Notes under the pieces: generated by a model | Told to the model about the DNA's origin: nothing | What the model saw: the letters and a program-made list of their open reading frames with translations, nothing else | The model's database searches: none | Program-made: the position numbers and the translations under genes | Shown here: piece after piece, positions 55,597 to 64,000 of the stretch | How positions within the stretch are numbered: position 1 is the first letter of the stretch | Layout: every line of letters begins with the position of its first letter | NCBI GenBank assembly: GCA_963815455.1 | Contig: CAWFGO010000001.1 | Location: 224,001-288,000 of the forward strand | DNA: 64,000 nt | Direction of reading: 5' to 3' | DNA from: an uncultured Verrucomicrobiae bacterium | Lineage (GTDB): Bacteria; Verrucomicrobiota; Verrucomicrobiia; Chthoniobacterales; UBA10450

Positions 55597-58252
55597 TTCT
55601 TTTCCGGCCTGCCCGCCGCAGGCTCGCCGGAGGCGGGTGGTCGCACGGTCGCCAAAACATACGGTTGATCGCGAAAATATTTCGCGGCTACGCGTTTAAT
55701 GTCATCCATGCTCACGGCGTTCACCTCCTGCTCGAGCGATTTGTAATGATCGAAACCGAGGCCGTAAAGCTCATCCAGCGCACACTGGTAACCAAATGAA
55801 TCGTTGCTTTGGTTCGCAATCTGTTGCTGGCCGATCAGTTTCTTCTTGGCCCGAACAAGTTCCACATCGGTCAGGCCGTCGCTGGCCAGTTTGTGGATTT
55901 CATCCAGCAATGCCGTTTTGACCGGCTCGATCTTGGCCGGATCGGTCCCAAGGTAAAACGCGAACAGTCCAGGCACCAGCCCTTGCATCTGGCTGGCGCC
56001 AACAAAATACGCCAGCCCCATTTCTTCCCGGATGCGGATAAAAAAGCGCGAGCCGAGATCGCTGCTCGCTTCATCGATCAATTCGAGCGCGTTCCGATCC
56101 GGGCTAAACATGTCCACCCCGCGATAACCGACCATGATCACGCCCTGGGCTTTGTCTTTGAGGCTTTGAACGGTTTCCGTCTTGGTTAACGGCGGCGACG
56201 GGCTGGCGTCGGTGAGAGCCAGGCTGCCCGGCTTCATTTTGCCGAACAATTGTTCGAAAAGCTGTTTCACTTCCGCTGCCTTCACGTCGCCGAACACTGA
56301 AATGACGCCGTTCCTGGACACGACAAACCGATCGCGAAAATTTAGCAGGTCCTTCGCCGTCAATTTTTGAACGGAGTCGACCGTGCCGTTTCCACGGAGC
56401 GCGTAGGGATGATGAGTGAAGAGCGCCGCCCGCAGGATATTGCGCGCTACGGAAGTGAGTTTCTCTTCCTCTTCCTTGATCCCGGCGATTTGCACCTCTT
56501 TTTCCCTCGCGACCGCCTTCTCCGGCATTATCGCGTTTAACAAAACATCCGCGAGAATATCGGCGCCGAGTTTCAGATCGGGCTTGGTCACGTGCATTGA
56601 AACGCTGAACGAATTATTGCCCGCATCGCTGCCGATCGCTCCGCCGACCGCCTCGATTTGTTCCGCGATTTGCTCGGCTGTGCGCGTCTTGGTGCCTTTG
56701 AGCAGCGTCTTCGCCATCAAACGCGTGATGCCATTATCTTTCGCGGTTTCCGCCAGCAATCCTCCTCGAAACACCGCCGTCATCGAAACGAGCGGCAGCC
56801 GCGCATCTTCGCGCACCAGGACCCGCAGCCCGTTGGAAAGCTCAAACTTTTTGATCTCGCCCGCGGCAACGGGTTTCACCGCTTCTTCCTTTCCGGCGAG
56901 CGATCCTTTCGGATTCAACGAAGCAATCGTCAGGTTATCGTTGACGAGATATTTCGCGGCGACCCGCCGAATATCGTCGAGAGTCACTTTCTGCACCGCG
57001 TCGAGATATTCACGGCTGAAATTCAGGTTTCGAGTCAGGAGCCAGTTCGAGCCGAGATCGCTGGCCTGGCCGCGCATGGTCGTTAGCGCATCCAGATGAT
57101 GACTCAGCGCAATCTTCTTCGCTTTCGCGAGTTCGTCGGCCGTGGCTCCGGCCTTCTTCACTTCATCGACAACCTCCAGGATCAACTGTTGCGCGGGCTC
57201 GCGTTTTTTTGGATCGACAGTCGCTTCGATCCCGAGCAGGCCAGGATCGCCTGGCGTGTAGGAAAATGCCGAGACACCGAAGGCCAGGCCAGTCTCCTCC
57301 CGCACCCGCCGATAGAGACGCGAGCTGCGTCCCTCGCCCAGAATGGTAGAAAGAAGATCGATCGCCGGAACGTCGGGATGCGTGAGCTCGGGAATGTGCC
57401 AGACCAGCGAAAGCCGGGTCAGTTCGGTCGCGAATTCGTTATGAACCTCGCGCCGGCCGAGCTGGGGCGGTTCGGCCGGGATAAAAACCGGCTTGAGCGA
57501 TTTGGCCGGATAATTCTTGAAGAACTCGGCGAGCTGTTGATGGATTTTTTCCGCATCGACATCGCCCACCACGATAAAGGTCAAGATTGTTCGGGACGTA
57601 GCGCGTCTTGTAATACTGCATCACCTGCTCTTGCCTGAGCTGGTTATAAACTTCCAACTCCCCGATGACCGGCAGACGATACGGATGTTTTTGATAGGCG
57701 GTGGCGAACATGAGTTGGCCGACCATCCGGTCCGGATCGTCGAACCCCATGGCAAATTCGCGCCGGATCACTTCCTGTTCCTTGGCGTACTCGTTCCGCT
57801 GGCAACGTCGAGTTCATCATCGCGTCCGCCAAAATGTCGAGCGCGGTGCCGACGCCATCCTTGGGCACGTCGATCCAAAAAACGGTACGATCGAACGACG
57901 TGTAGGCGTTGATGTAACCGCCGACATCCTGGACCTTTTGCGCAATCGCATTCTTCGGTCTTGTCTTGGTGCCTTTAAAGAGCATGTGCTCGAGGATGTG
58001 CGAGAGACCCGCACCTAATCGTTCGTCTTCGTCGATGCTTCCGGTGGCGCACCAAGCCTGGACACTGGCCACCGGCGCGCTGCGATCTTCCTGCACGATC
58101 AGGGTAAGCCCGTCCGGTAAAACCCATTTTTGCGCGGTGCTCGCCGGAACAGCAATGACCGCTGAATCATCCTTGCGCGAGGCGGCGTTCAAATTCGAAG
58201 TGCTAAACATAATCGCGACGACCAGCGCCACACTCGGCGCGAATCGGCTCAT
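55593..58252 (-). CDS. M16 family (pitrilysin-like) zinc peptidase, two apparent +1 frameshifts (~57794, ~57585)
   Basis: HILEH (HXXEH) and NAYTSFDRT in the first ORF; EYAKEQEVIRRE and HPY..PVIG in the second; YVPNN/LTFIVVGD junction into the third. Confidence 0.85.
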
Positions 58253-58683
58253 ATCGATTTCGGCGCCGGCAAACTCGGAGCCGGCTTCGACTCAACGGCC
58301 TTCTCCGGCGCGAACGGCTTCACGAACGCTTCCTCAAAATCGTAGATGTTCTTGAAATCCTCGATCGAATCCTGTTCGGTCTTTCCGAAAATTCCGGCGG
58401 CGATCAGATTAAAAACCATGTGCCCGATGTCTTCGGTGCATTGGATTCCCCAGTGACCGAACACAGTCGTGACCAGCGGCCCGAATTCCTTAAGCGCGTA
58501 CTGACGCACGCCATCGAGCAGCTCCGGCCCGCTAACATGGCGCACGGTTGCTCCCTTGACCTTCTTTTGTTGCTTGGTGGCGAAATCGAGCGCGTCGCGC
58601 AGGAAGACATAAGCGTCGCGATCGTAACGTCGATCGCTCGCCACGATCGAGTCGAGGGCTTCGGCAAATCCAATTTTCTGCAT
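58249..58683 (-). CDS. Minf_1886 family protein (PVC-group conserved)
   Basis: DRRYDRDAYVFLRDAL, RHVSGPELLDG, EFGPL..VF..WGI..TEDIG.MVFNLI, DSIEDF. Confidence 0.8.
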   Translation of the reverse strand: MQKIGFAEALDSIVASDRRYDRDAYVFLRDALDFATKQQKKVKGATVRHVSGPELLDGVRQYALKEFGPLVTTVFGHWGIQCTEDIGHMVFNLIAAGIFGKTEQDSIEDFKNIYDFEEAFVKPFAPEKAVESKPAPSLPAPKSI

Positions 58684-58797
58684 GAATAGAAAACGCGCGT
58701 TTTCGGCGCGCCCACCATGATAATGGGCAACTGCGCGATGAGCAACTGCCGGGAACCGGGATCATCGATCCCGGCTACAAATGGGGAAGATCGACAA

Positions 58798-59157
58798 CTA
58801 TTTGTCCGACCAAACCGCGAACTCGCTTCCGCCCGGCTCGCGAAAATGGAAACGGCGTCCACCGGGGAATTCGAAGATTTCCTTTGTGATCGCTCCGCCA
58901 AGATCGCCAACCTTCGTCCGCGTCTTTTCCAGTTCGGGTTGATAGAAAACAATGAGCGGAGCGCCCGCATCCACCCCCGCGGTTTTTTCTGATGCGAAAA
59001 ACCCGCCGGCCATCCGGCCATCATCAAACGAAGCGTAATCGGGCCCATATTCTGTAAACGTCCAGCCAAAAAGCGCGGCGAAGAACTTCTTTGTCGCCGC
59101 GAGATCGCGGGATGGAACCTCGACGTAATCGATCGTGTTCGGCAATGATTCGTGCAT
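58798..59157 (-). CDS. VOC / glyoxalase family protein
   Basis: IDYVE, FFAALFGWTFTEYGPDY, FPGGRRFHFREPGGSEFAVWS. Flanked by direct GTAGCCGGG-family half copies at 58756-58779 and 59245-59268. Confidence 0.85.
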   Translation of the reverse strand: MHESLPNTIDYVEVPSRDLAATKKFFAALFGWTFTEYGPDYASFDDGRMAGGFFASEKTAGVDAGAPLIVFYQPELEKTRTKVGDLGGAITKEIFEFPGGRRFHFREPGGSEFAVWSDK

Positions 59158-59375
59158 TCGCAGTAAGATCGACAATTAGACCTGTTCTTCGAGGGGCGTC
59201 CAGATAAACCAAAGGCGGATCGTGCCTTGAGCGACTAGCAGCAACCGGGATCACCGATCCCGGCTACAGCCGTGCAATAAGGGTGAGATTTGGCCCGTGT
59301 TATGCACCACACCATCTGCCCGCCCACTTGCCCGATGAAATTTTCTTGGTTAACTGCGGCTCTCGCTATCATCGC

Positions 59376-61928
59376 ATGCCGACCTTCCAAATATATAATG
59401 TGACTCCGACCCTCCCGGCGGCTCTCGAGCCGCTGCGGGAGATGAGTTTCAATCTCTGGTGGACCTGGGAGCCTTCCGCTCGCCGCCTTTTTCGCCATCT
59501 CGACCCCGATCTGTGGAACGGCTCCAATCATAATCCGGTCCGAATGCTGCAACTTTCACGGCAATCGCGGCTGGAGGAGCTTTCGCAGGACAAAGTATTT
59601 CTGCGCGATCTGAAGGAAGTTTACGACGCCTTCAAGAGATACCTCGAACGCGCGGACACTTACGGAAAAACCGGCAAGGGCAACGCCATCACAAAACCGG
59701 TCGCCTATTTTTCGGCGGAGTTTGGTTTTCACGAATCGATCCCGAATTATTCCGGTGGCCTCGGCATTCTGGCCGGCGATCACTGCAAATCGGCCAGCGA
59801 TCTCGATCTTAATTTCGTCGCCATGGGCCTGTTGTATCGGCACGGATACTTTAAACAGCAGATCGACAAGGACGGCGTCCAGGAAGCGATCAGTCTCAAT
59901 CAAAACTTTCATCATCTGCCGATCCGCGAGATGCGCCACGGCGATGCCAATTTGCTCGTCTCGGTAAAAATTTTGGACCGCGAAGTTTTCGCCAAGGTCT
60001 GGCAGCTCCAGGTCGGCCGGGTGAGCCTTTACCTGCTCGATACCGATATCCCGGAGAACAGCGCCGAGGACCGTCTCATCACGGCCGAACTTTACGGCGG
60101 GGATCTCGAGATGCGGATGCGCCAGGAAATCGTGCTCGGCATCGGCGGGGTAAAAGCGCTCAGTGCGCTCGGGATCGACGCGGAAGTATTTCACATGAAC
60201 GAGGGCCACTCGGCCTTTCTGGCGCTGGAACGTATTCGCCTCAACGTAGTCGAGAAGAAACTCGATTTTTATTCCGCGCTGCAAGTTGTCGCGGCGGCCA
60301 ATATTTTCACCACCCACACGCCGGTGCCCGCGGGCAACGATTCCTTCTCGCGCGACATGATGAAGAGATATTTCGGCGGGTTCGCGAAAGAATTGCAAAT
60401 CCCGTTCGACGAGCTGTTCCGCTTTGGCCAATCGAGTGTCGATCCGGCCGACGCATTCAGCATGACGATCCTGGCGCTGCGGATGAGCCGGCACGCCAAC
60501 GGCGTGAGCCGATTACACGGCGAAGTGAGCCGGTCGCTCTGGAAAGATGTTTGGGCCGGCGTGCCGATGCACGAGGTGCCGATCACCAGCATCACCAACG
60601 GAATTCACACCAAAACCTGGATGGCGCCGGAGTTTTCCGCTCTTTATCGGAAACATCTGGGCGATTGGGAGGAACATCTGACCCAGCCGGAATTTTGGCG
60701 CGGGGTCATCGACATTCCCGACACCCAGCTTTGGGAGACACATCAGAGGTTGAAATTGCGGCTGGTGGAATTTGTCCGCGAACGCGTGCGGCTCCGGCGG
60801 GAACGGCTGGGTGAATCGCCCGAGGTCATTCGCAAGGTAAACCGGATTCTCGATCCGGAAATTTTGACGATCGGATTTGCGCGACGTTTCGTGACCTACA
60901 AACGCGGCGCGCTTTTGTTCAGCGACAAGGAACGGCTGCAGCGTTTGCTCAACGATACGACCCGGCCGGTGCAATTTATCTTCGCCGGCAAAGCGCACCC
61001 GCGCGACGAGGGCGGTAAGGGATTAATCCAGGAAGTTTACCGGTTCAGCCGCGAAGCGGGCTTCGAAAACCGAATCGTTTTCCTGGAGGACTACGATAGT
61101 TACATCGCACGGCGGCTCGTCCAGGGTGTCGATCTTTGGTTGAATCATCCGCTGCGTCCGATGGAAGCGAGCGGTACCAGCGGGATGAAATGCGCGCCGA
61201 ACGCGGGAATCAATCTCAGCGTGCTCGACGGTTGGTGGCGCGAAATTTTTAACGGCAACAACGGCTGGGCCATTGGCGCCGAGGTCGATAACGGCACGGT
61301 CGAGTTCCAAAACGAAGTGGACGCGAGCAGCCTTTATCAGTTGCTCGAGAACCAGATTATCCCGCTCTATTACGCCAAGCCCGATGGGAAATTGCCGCTG
61401 GCCTGGCTGCAATTGATGCGGGAATCGATCCGCAGCATTACCCCGGTCTTTAATACCCATCGCATGGTGAAGGAATACGCCGAGCGGCTTTATATGTCGG
61501 CGGCGAAATCTCACGAAGATTTTTCGCGCGACAACTGCGCGGCGGCGGCCCAACTGAGCCAATGGAAGACGCAGATGAGAAAGGATTGGCCGCAGGTCCG
61601 GGTCTACGATGTGCAGGTCGCGAATCAGGATCGACAAAACATTCCGGTAGGCGAATCGCTGCAGTTGAGCGCGCACGTCCATCTCGGCGCGGTTGATCCG
61701 CAACACGTGCGGGTGGAAGCTTATCACGGCGAGGCGGACAACGGCGGGATCAAGAACCCGAGCGTCACCATCTTGAGCGAAAGCAACCGGAACGGCGACG
61801 GCAGTTACATTTATCGCGGGGTTGTCCCCGCGGCCGAAAGCGGCGCCTACGGATTCAGCGTTCGTGTCGTGCCGACCCATCCGCACCTGATGCAAACGCA
61901 CGAGCTGCGTTTGATCAGCTGGTCGTAG
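59376..61928 (+). CDS. glgP: Alpha-glucan (glycogen) phosphorylase
   Basis: AYFSAEFG, YSGGLGILAGD, HMNEGH, FTTHTPV, ITNGIH, FARRFVTYKR, EASGTSGMK (PLP lysine). Confidence 0.95.
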   Translation: MPTFQIYNVTPTLPAALEPLREMSFNLWWTWEPSARRLFRHLDPDLWNGSNHNPVRMLQLSRQSRLEELSQDKVFLRDLKEVYDAFKRYLERADTYGKTGKGNAITKPVAYFSAEFGFHESIPNYSGGLGILAGDHCKSASDLDLNFVAMGLLYRHGYFKQQIDKDGVQEAISLNQNFHHLPIREMRHGDANLLVSVKILDREVFAKVWQLQVGRVSLYLLDTDIPENSAEDRLITAELYGGDLEMRMRQEIVLGIGGVKALSALGIDAEVFHMNEGHSAFLALERIRLNVVEKKLDFYSALQVVAAANIFTTHTPVPAGNDSFSRDMMKRYFGGFAKELQIPFDELFRFGQSSVDPADAFSMTILALRMSRHANGVSRLHGEVSRSLWKDVWAGVPMHEVPITSITNGIHTKTWMAPEFSALYRKHLGDWEEHLTQPEFWRGVIDIPDTQLWETHQRLKLRLVEFVRERVRLRRERLGESPEVIRKVNRILDPEILTIGFARRFVTYKRGALLFSDKERLQRLLNDTTRPVQFIFAGKAHPRDEGGKGLIQEVYRFSREAGFENRIVFLEDYDSYIARRLVQGVDLWLNHPLRPMEASGTSGMKCAPNAGINLSVLDGWWREIFNGNNGWAIGAEVDNGTVEFQNEVDASSLYQLLENQIIPLYYAKPDGKLPLAWLQLMRESIRSITPVFNTHRMVKEYAERLYMSAAKSHEDFSRDNCAAAAQLSQWKTQMRKDWPQVRVYDVQVANQDRQNIPVGESLQLSAHVHLGAVDPQHVRVEAYHGEADNGGIKNPSVTILSESNRNGDGSYIYRGVVPAAESGAYGFSVRVVPTHPHLMQTHELRLISWS

Positions 61929-61936
61929 TGAAGAGG

Positions 61937-62027
61937 AACCGCGGATCCTCCTACGCCAAGGCTACGGCGTGACAGGTTACGCGGATACAACGGATACGAT
62001 TCCGGAGGGACGTGCTTCCGCACGTCC
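61937..62027. repeat. Composite repeat: CGGAT-unit arm interrupted by a GCCAAGGCTAC element (61947-61976), then a CGGAGGGAC half copy
   Basis: aaccgcggat[cctcctacgccaaggctacggcgtgacagg]ttacgcggatacaacggata. Confidence 0.7.
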
Positions 62028-62080
62028 GGACTCGCCCCGCCGAGTTTCTCCTTCATGCTCACCCATCAACTTTCTTACCG

Positions 62081-62299
62081 CTAGCGAGAGGACTCTCGAA
62101 CGAATCGTTCCACAGGAACACCAAGCCAATCGACCACGGCCAGCATACCGTCGACTTCCATCCGGCCGTCGGTCTGCGTGCGTGAGATCGTAGCCGTGCT
62201 GACCCCGATTTGAGCGGCGACGTCGCGCCACGACAAATCGCGGGCCTTACGCCGTGCATCGAGGGCGTCGTAGAGAGCCTTGGAATCGAATCGCTTCAT
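62081..62299 (-). CDS. Small XRE-like helix-turn-helix protein
   Basis: ALDARRKARDLSWRDVAAQIGVSTATISR; ATGA-coupled to the upstream hydrolase. Confidence 0.75.
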   Translation of the reverse strand: MKRFDSKALYDALDARRKARDLSWRDVAAQIGVSTATISRTQTDGRMEVDGMLAVVDWLGVPVERFVRESSR

Positions 62300-63240
62300 C
62301 TTTCTTGCGTGCCGGCTCGGCCTTCGAGGAGAAATTCTCTGATCTTGGCGGCAACCTGGTCGGCTGTGTCTCCAAGAAACACGTAATGTTTTGCATCGTT
62401 TAGCTCCACGATTTCGCCGTGCGGAATCTCACGGCGGAATTGTTCAACACTTGTGCGCATCAGCGCGTGACCTTTCGCTTGCCACCACGCTTCTGCTTTG
62501 GCACGAACATCTGCGTTGGCGCCCTCGGGCAACCAGTGTGACGGGTAATGCGGGTTTGCCGTAACGGCATAGAATGCGAGTGCCGGTGCTTGAATCTTCG
62601 TGTAGTCCTGGCGGAAAGCGAAGACTGCCTTGTGTGTAGCGACAAGAATCGCCCATTCATCGGGTGGCGGCATCTTGTCCACCTTAATGTCTGACGCTCC
62701 CGGCATCCCAAGAGCTTCCATTCGCATTCGCTGCGTCATGCCGGGCTTGTTCGTCGGATCGCTTAATCCGGCGATCCAACCTTCGGGCGTGCGGTCGTAA
62801 GCAGCATCAAGGTAGACTACTTTGATGACCCTCAGTGGATATCTGGTGGCGAAGAGCGTTAGTTCATCCCCAGCCATTGAATGTCCAATAAGAGTCACCT
62901 TGGGGATGCGAAGCGTATCCAAAACCTGACGGATATCTTCGACGCGCGTAGCCGCGTCGTAGCCATCTTTGGGCTTGTCTGATTCCCCGACGCCTCGGCG
63001 AGTCAGACCGATGACATGGAATCGATCGGTAAATCGCGGAGCGAATTGGTCGTAAACGTGAGCGCTGTCGTTGAAGCCTGGCAGGAATAGAATTGTGTCA
63101 CCCGAGCCGCCCCAGTCTACATAGTGGAGTTTAATGCCGTTTGCGCGGACGAAGCCGTCTTTCGGTGGCACCGGCGAAGCTGCTACCAGCGATTGGCACA
63201 CGGCAACGATCGCAAGAATTGAGGCAGTAGATTTCACCAC
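62296..63240 (-). CDS. Secreted alpha/beta fold hydrolase
   Basis: LHYVDWGGSG, TRRGVGES, GHSMAG nucleophile elbow, C-terminal HYVF; signal-like N-terminus from GTG at ~63240. Confidence 0.85.
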   Translation of the reverse strand: MVKSTASILAIVAVCQSLVAASPVPPKDGFVRANGIKLHYVDWGGSGDTILFLPGFNDSAHVYDQFAPRFTDRFHVIGLTRRGVGESDKPKDGYDAATRVEDIRQVLDTLRIPKVTLIGHSMAGDELTLFATRYPLRVIKVVYLDAAYDRTPEGWIAGLSDPTNKPGMTQRMRMEALGMPGASDIKVDKMPPPDEWAILVATHKAVFAFRQDYTKIQAPALAFYAVTANPHYPSHWLPEGANADVRAKAEAWWQAKGHALMRTSVEQFRREIPHGEIVELNDAKHYVFLGDTADQVAAKIREFLLEGRAGTQER

Positions 63241-63488
63241 GTGGAGCTCGCTAGACCTAACGATACAGAGATGAGTCATGTTGTCGCGCGGAGCGTGCGA
63301 ACGAAAGCCTAGCGAAAGCACACTGCCTGTCACAGTTGAGACTTTTGGTTAGCGGGAGCAGCGACGGGCCAGAGGCGGAGTGGTTCTATTCAAAAGTTGC
63401 TTCCGGTTAGGCTTGACAACTCCTATAAATTCTGCTGAAACGTATGCGTGTTCGGACTCAACCTCAACCTCGGATTTGGAGTTTTTCA

Positions 63489-64000
63489 ATGAAAAGAAAT
63501 ATATTCGCTGCACTTCTGCTGATAATCAGCCTTGTTGTCATTCGAGATGCTTCCGCAAATCTGCTTGTGAATGGAGACTTTGAAGTTCCCGTACAGGTAG
63601 CTCCGATTTACGCGACGTTCAATATCCCCGCTGGCAACCCATACATTACCGGCTGGACTATCGTTCAGGGAAATGTCGATCTTACGACCACCGCGAACTA
63701 CGGGGCGGGGCCGAACGATCTCGACCCCAGTAGCGTGCAAGACGTCGACCTGATCGGTGATATTTTCGCTCCTCCAGGCGGAGCCGGAGGGCTGTCGCAA
63801 TCATTCGCAACAGTCTTTGGCCAACAGTATCAACTGACGTTCCATTATTCACAAAATAACGGGTCGTTCTCGCCCGTCTATGCCGCCCAGGTGACACTGG
63901 CCGACGGACATAATTCCGCTAACACCACTCTCTCCTACGTAGTATCGGAACCCTACGTCGGCAGTTCTCAATTCGGCCTACCTATTTGGGAACTCAGCTC
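63489..64000 (+). CDS. Secreted DUF642 / choice-of-anchor C-like protein, 3'-truncated (not in the ORF track)
   Basis: Manual translation MKRNIFAALLLIISLVVIRDASA-NLLVNGDFEVP...ITGWTIVQGNVD...LSQSFATVFGQQYQLTFHYS; open to the window end. Confidence 0.75.
   Translation, partial: MKRNIFAALLLIISLVVIRDASANLLVNGDFEVPVQVAPIYATFNIPAGNPYITGWTIVQGNVDLTTTANYGAGPNDLDPSSVQDVDLIGDIFAPPGGAGGLSQSFATVFGQQYQLTFHYSQNNGSFSPVYAAQVTLADGHNSANTTLSYVVSEPYVGSSQFGLPIWELS

Noticed and set aside
57580..57800. Programmed frameshifting in the M16 peptidase
   Set aside because: No slippery heptamer, and similar single-base indels occur in unrelated genes, so error is more likely.
1592..62027. Recurring palindromes as a CRISPR array or tRNA/ncRNA genes
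   Set aside because: Copies are dispersed, variable and not regularly spaced. No cas genes, cloverleaf or T-loop motifs were seen.

Overview
GC-rich bacterial DNA, most likely soil Verrucomicrobiota (Chthoniobacterales / Ca. Udaeobacter-like). This is inferred from a PVC-type Minf_1886 family gene, secreted proteins with dockerin-like tails, expanded TolB-like/TPR membrane proteins and dense palindromic repeats. The window holds: (i) beta-oxidation genes and a lysine-catabolic set (lat, ALDH7/pcd, gcdH, PrpD family); (ii) a VapBC pair followed by a ~15.7 kb translationally coupled array of eight mosaic TM + TolB-like + TPR paralogs, one with a cyclase domain; (iii) small accessory genes, an MFS and an RND system; (iv) a minus-strand cluster of SucC-like ligase, SucD/citryl-CoA-lyase fusion, HD protein, fungal-type single-chain homoaconitase and homoisocitrate-dehydrogenase-like gene; (v) thiolase, sulfatase-like, NUDIX, DUF1844, M16 peptidase, glgP and others. 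Best candidates for new biology: an ATP-(homo)citrate-lyase-linked alpha-aminoadipate/homocitrate route; two dockerin-tail genes each flanked by an orphan, synonymously diverged copy of the neighbouring gene's 3' end; a recombining receptor-like array; and miniature palindromic elements that nest in each other and insert in frame into enzymes. No rRNA, tRNA, CRISPR array, transposase or integrase was recognised. Several single-base frameshifts may be sequencing errors. All family calls come from motif recognition, not database searches.
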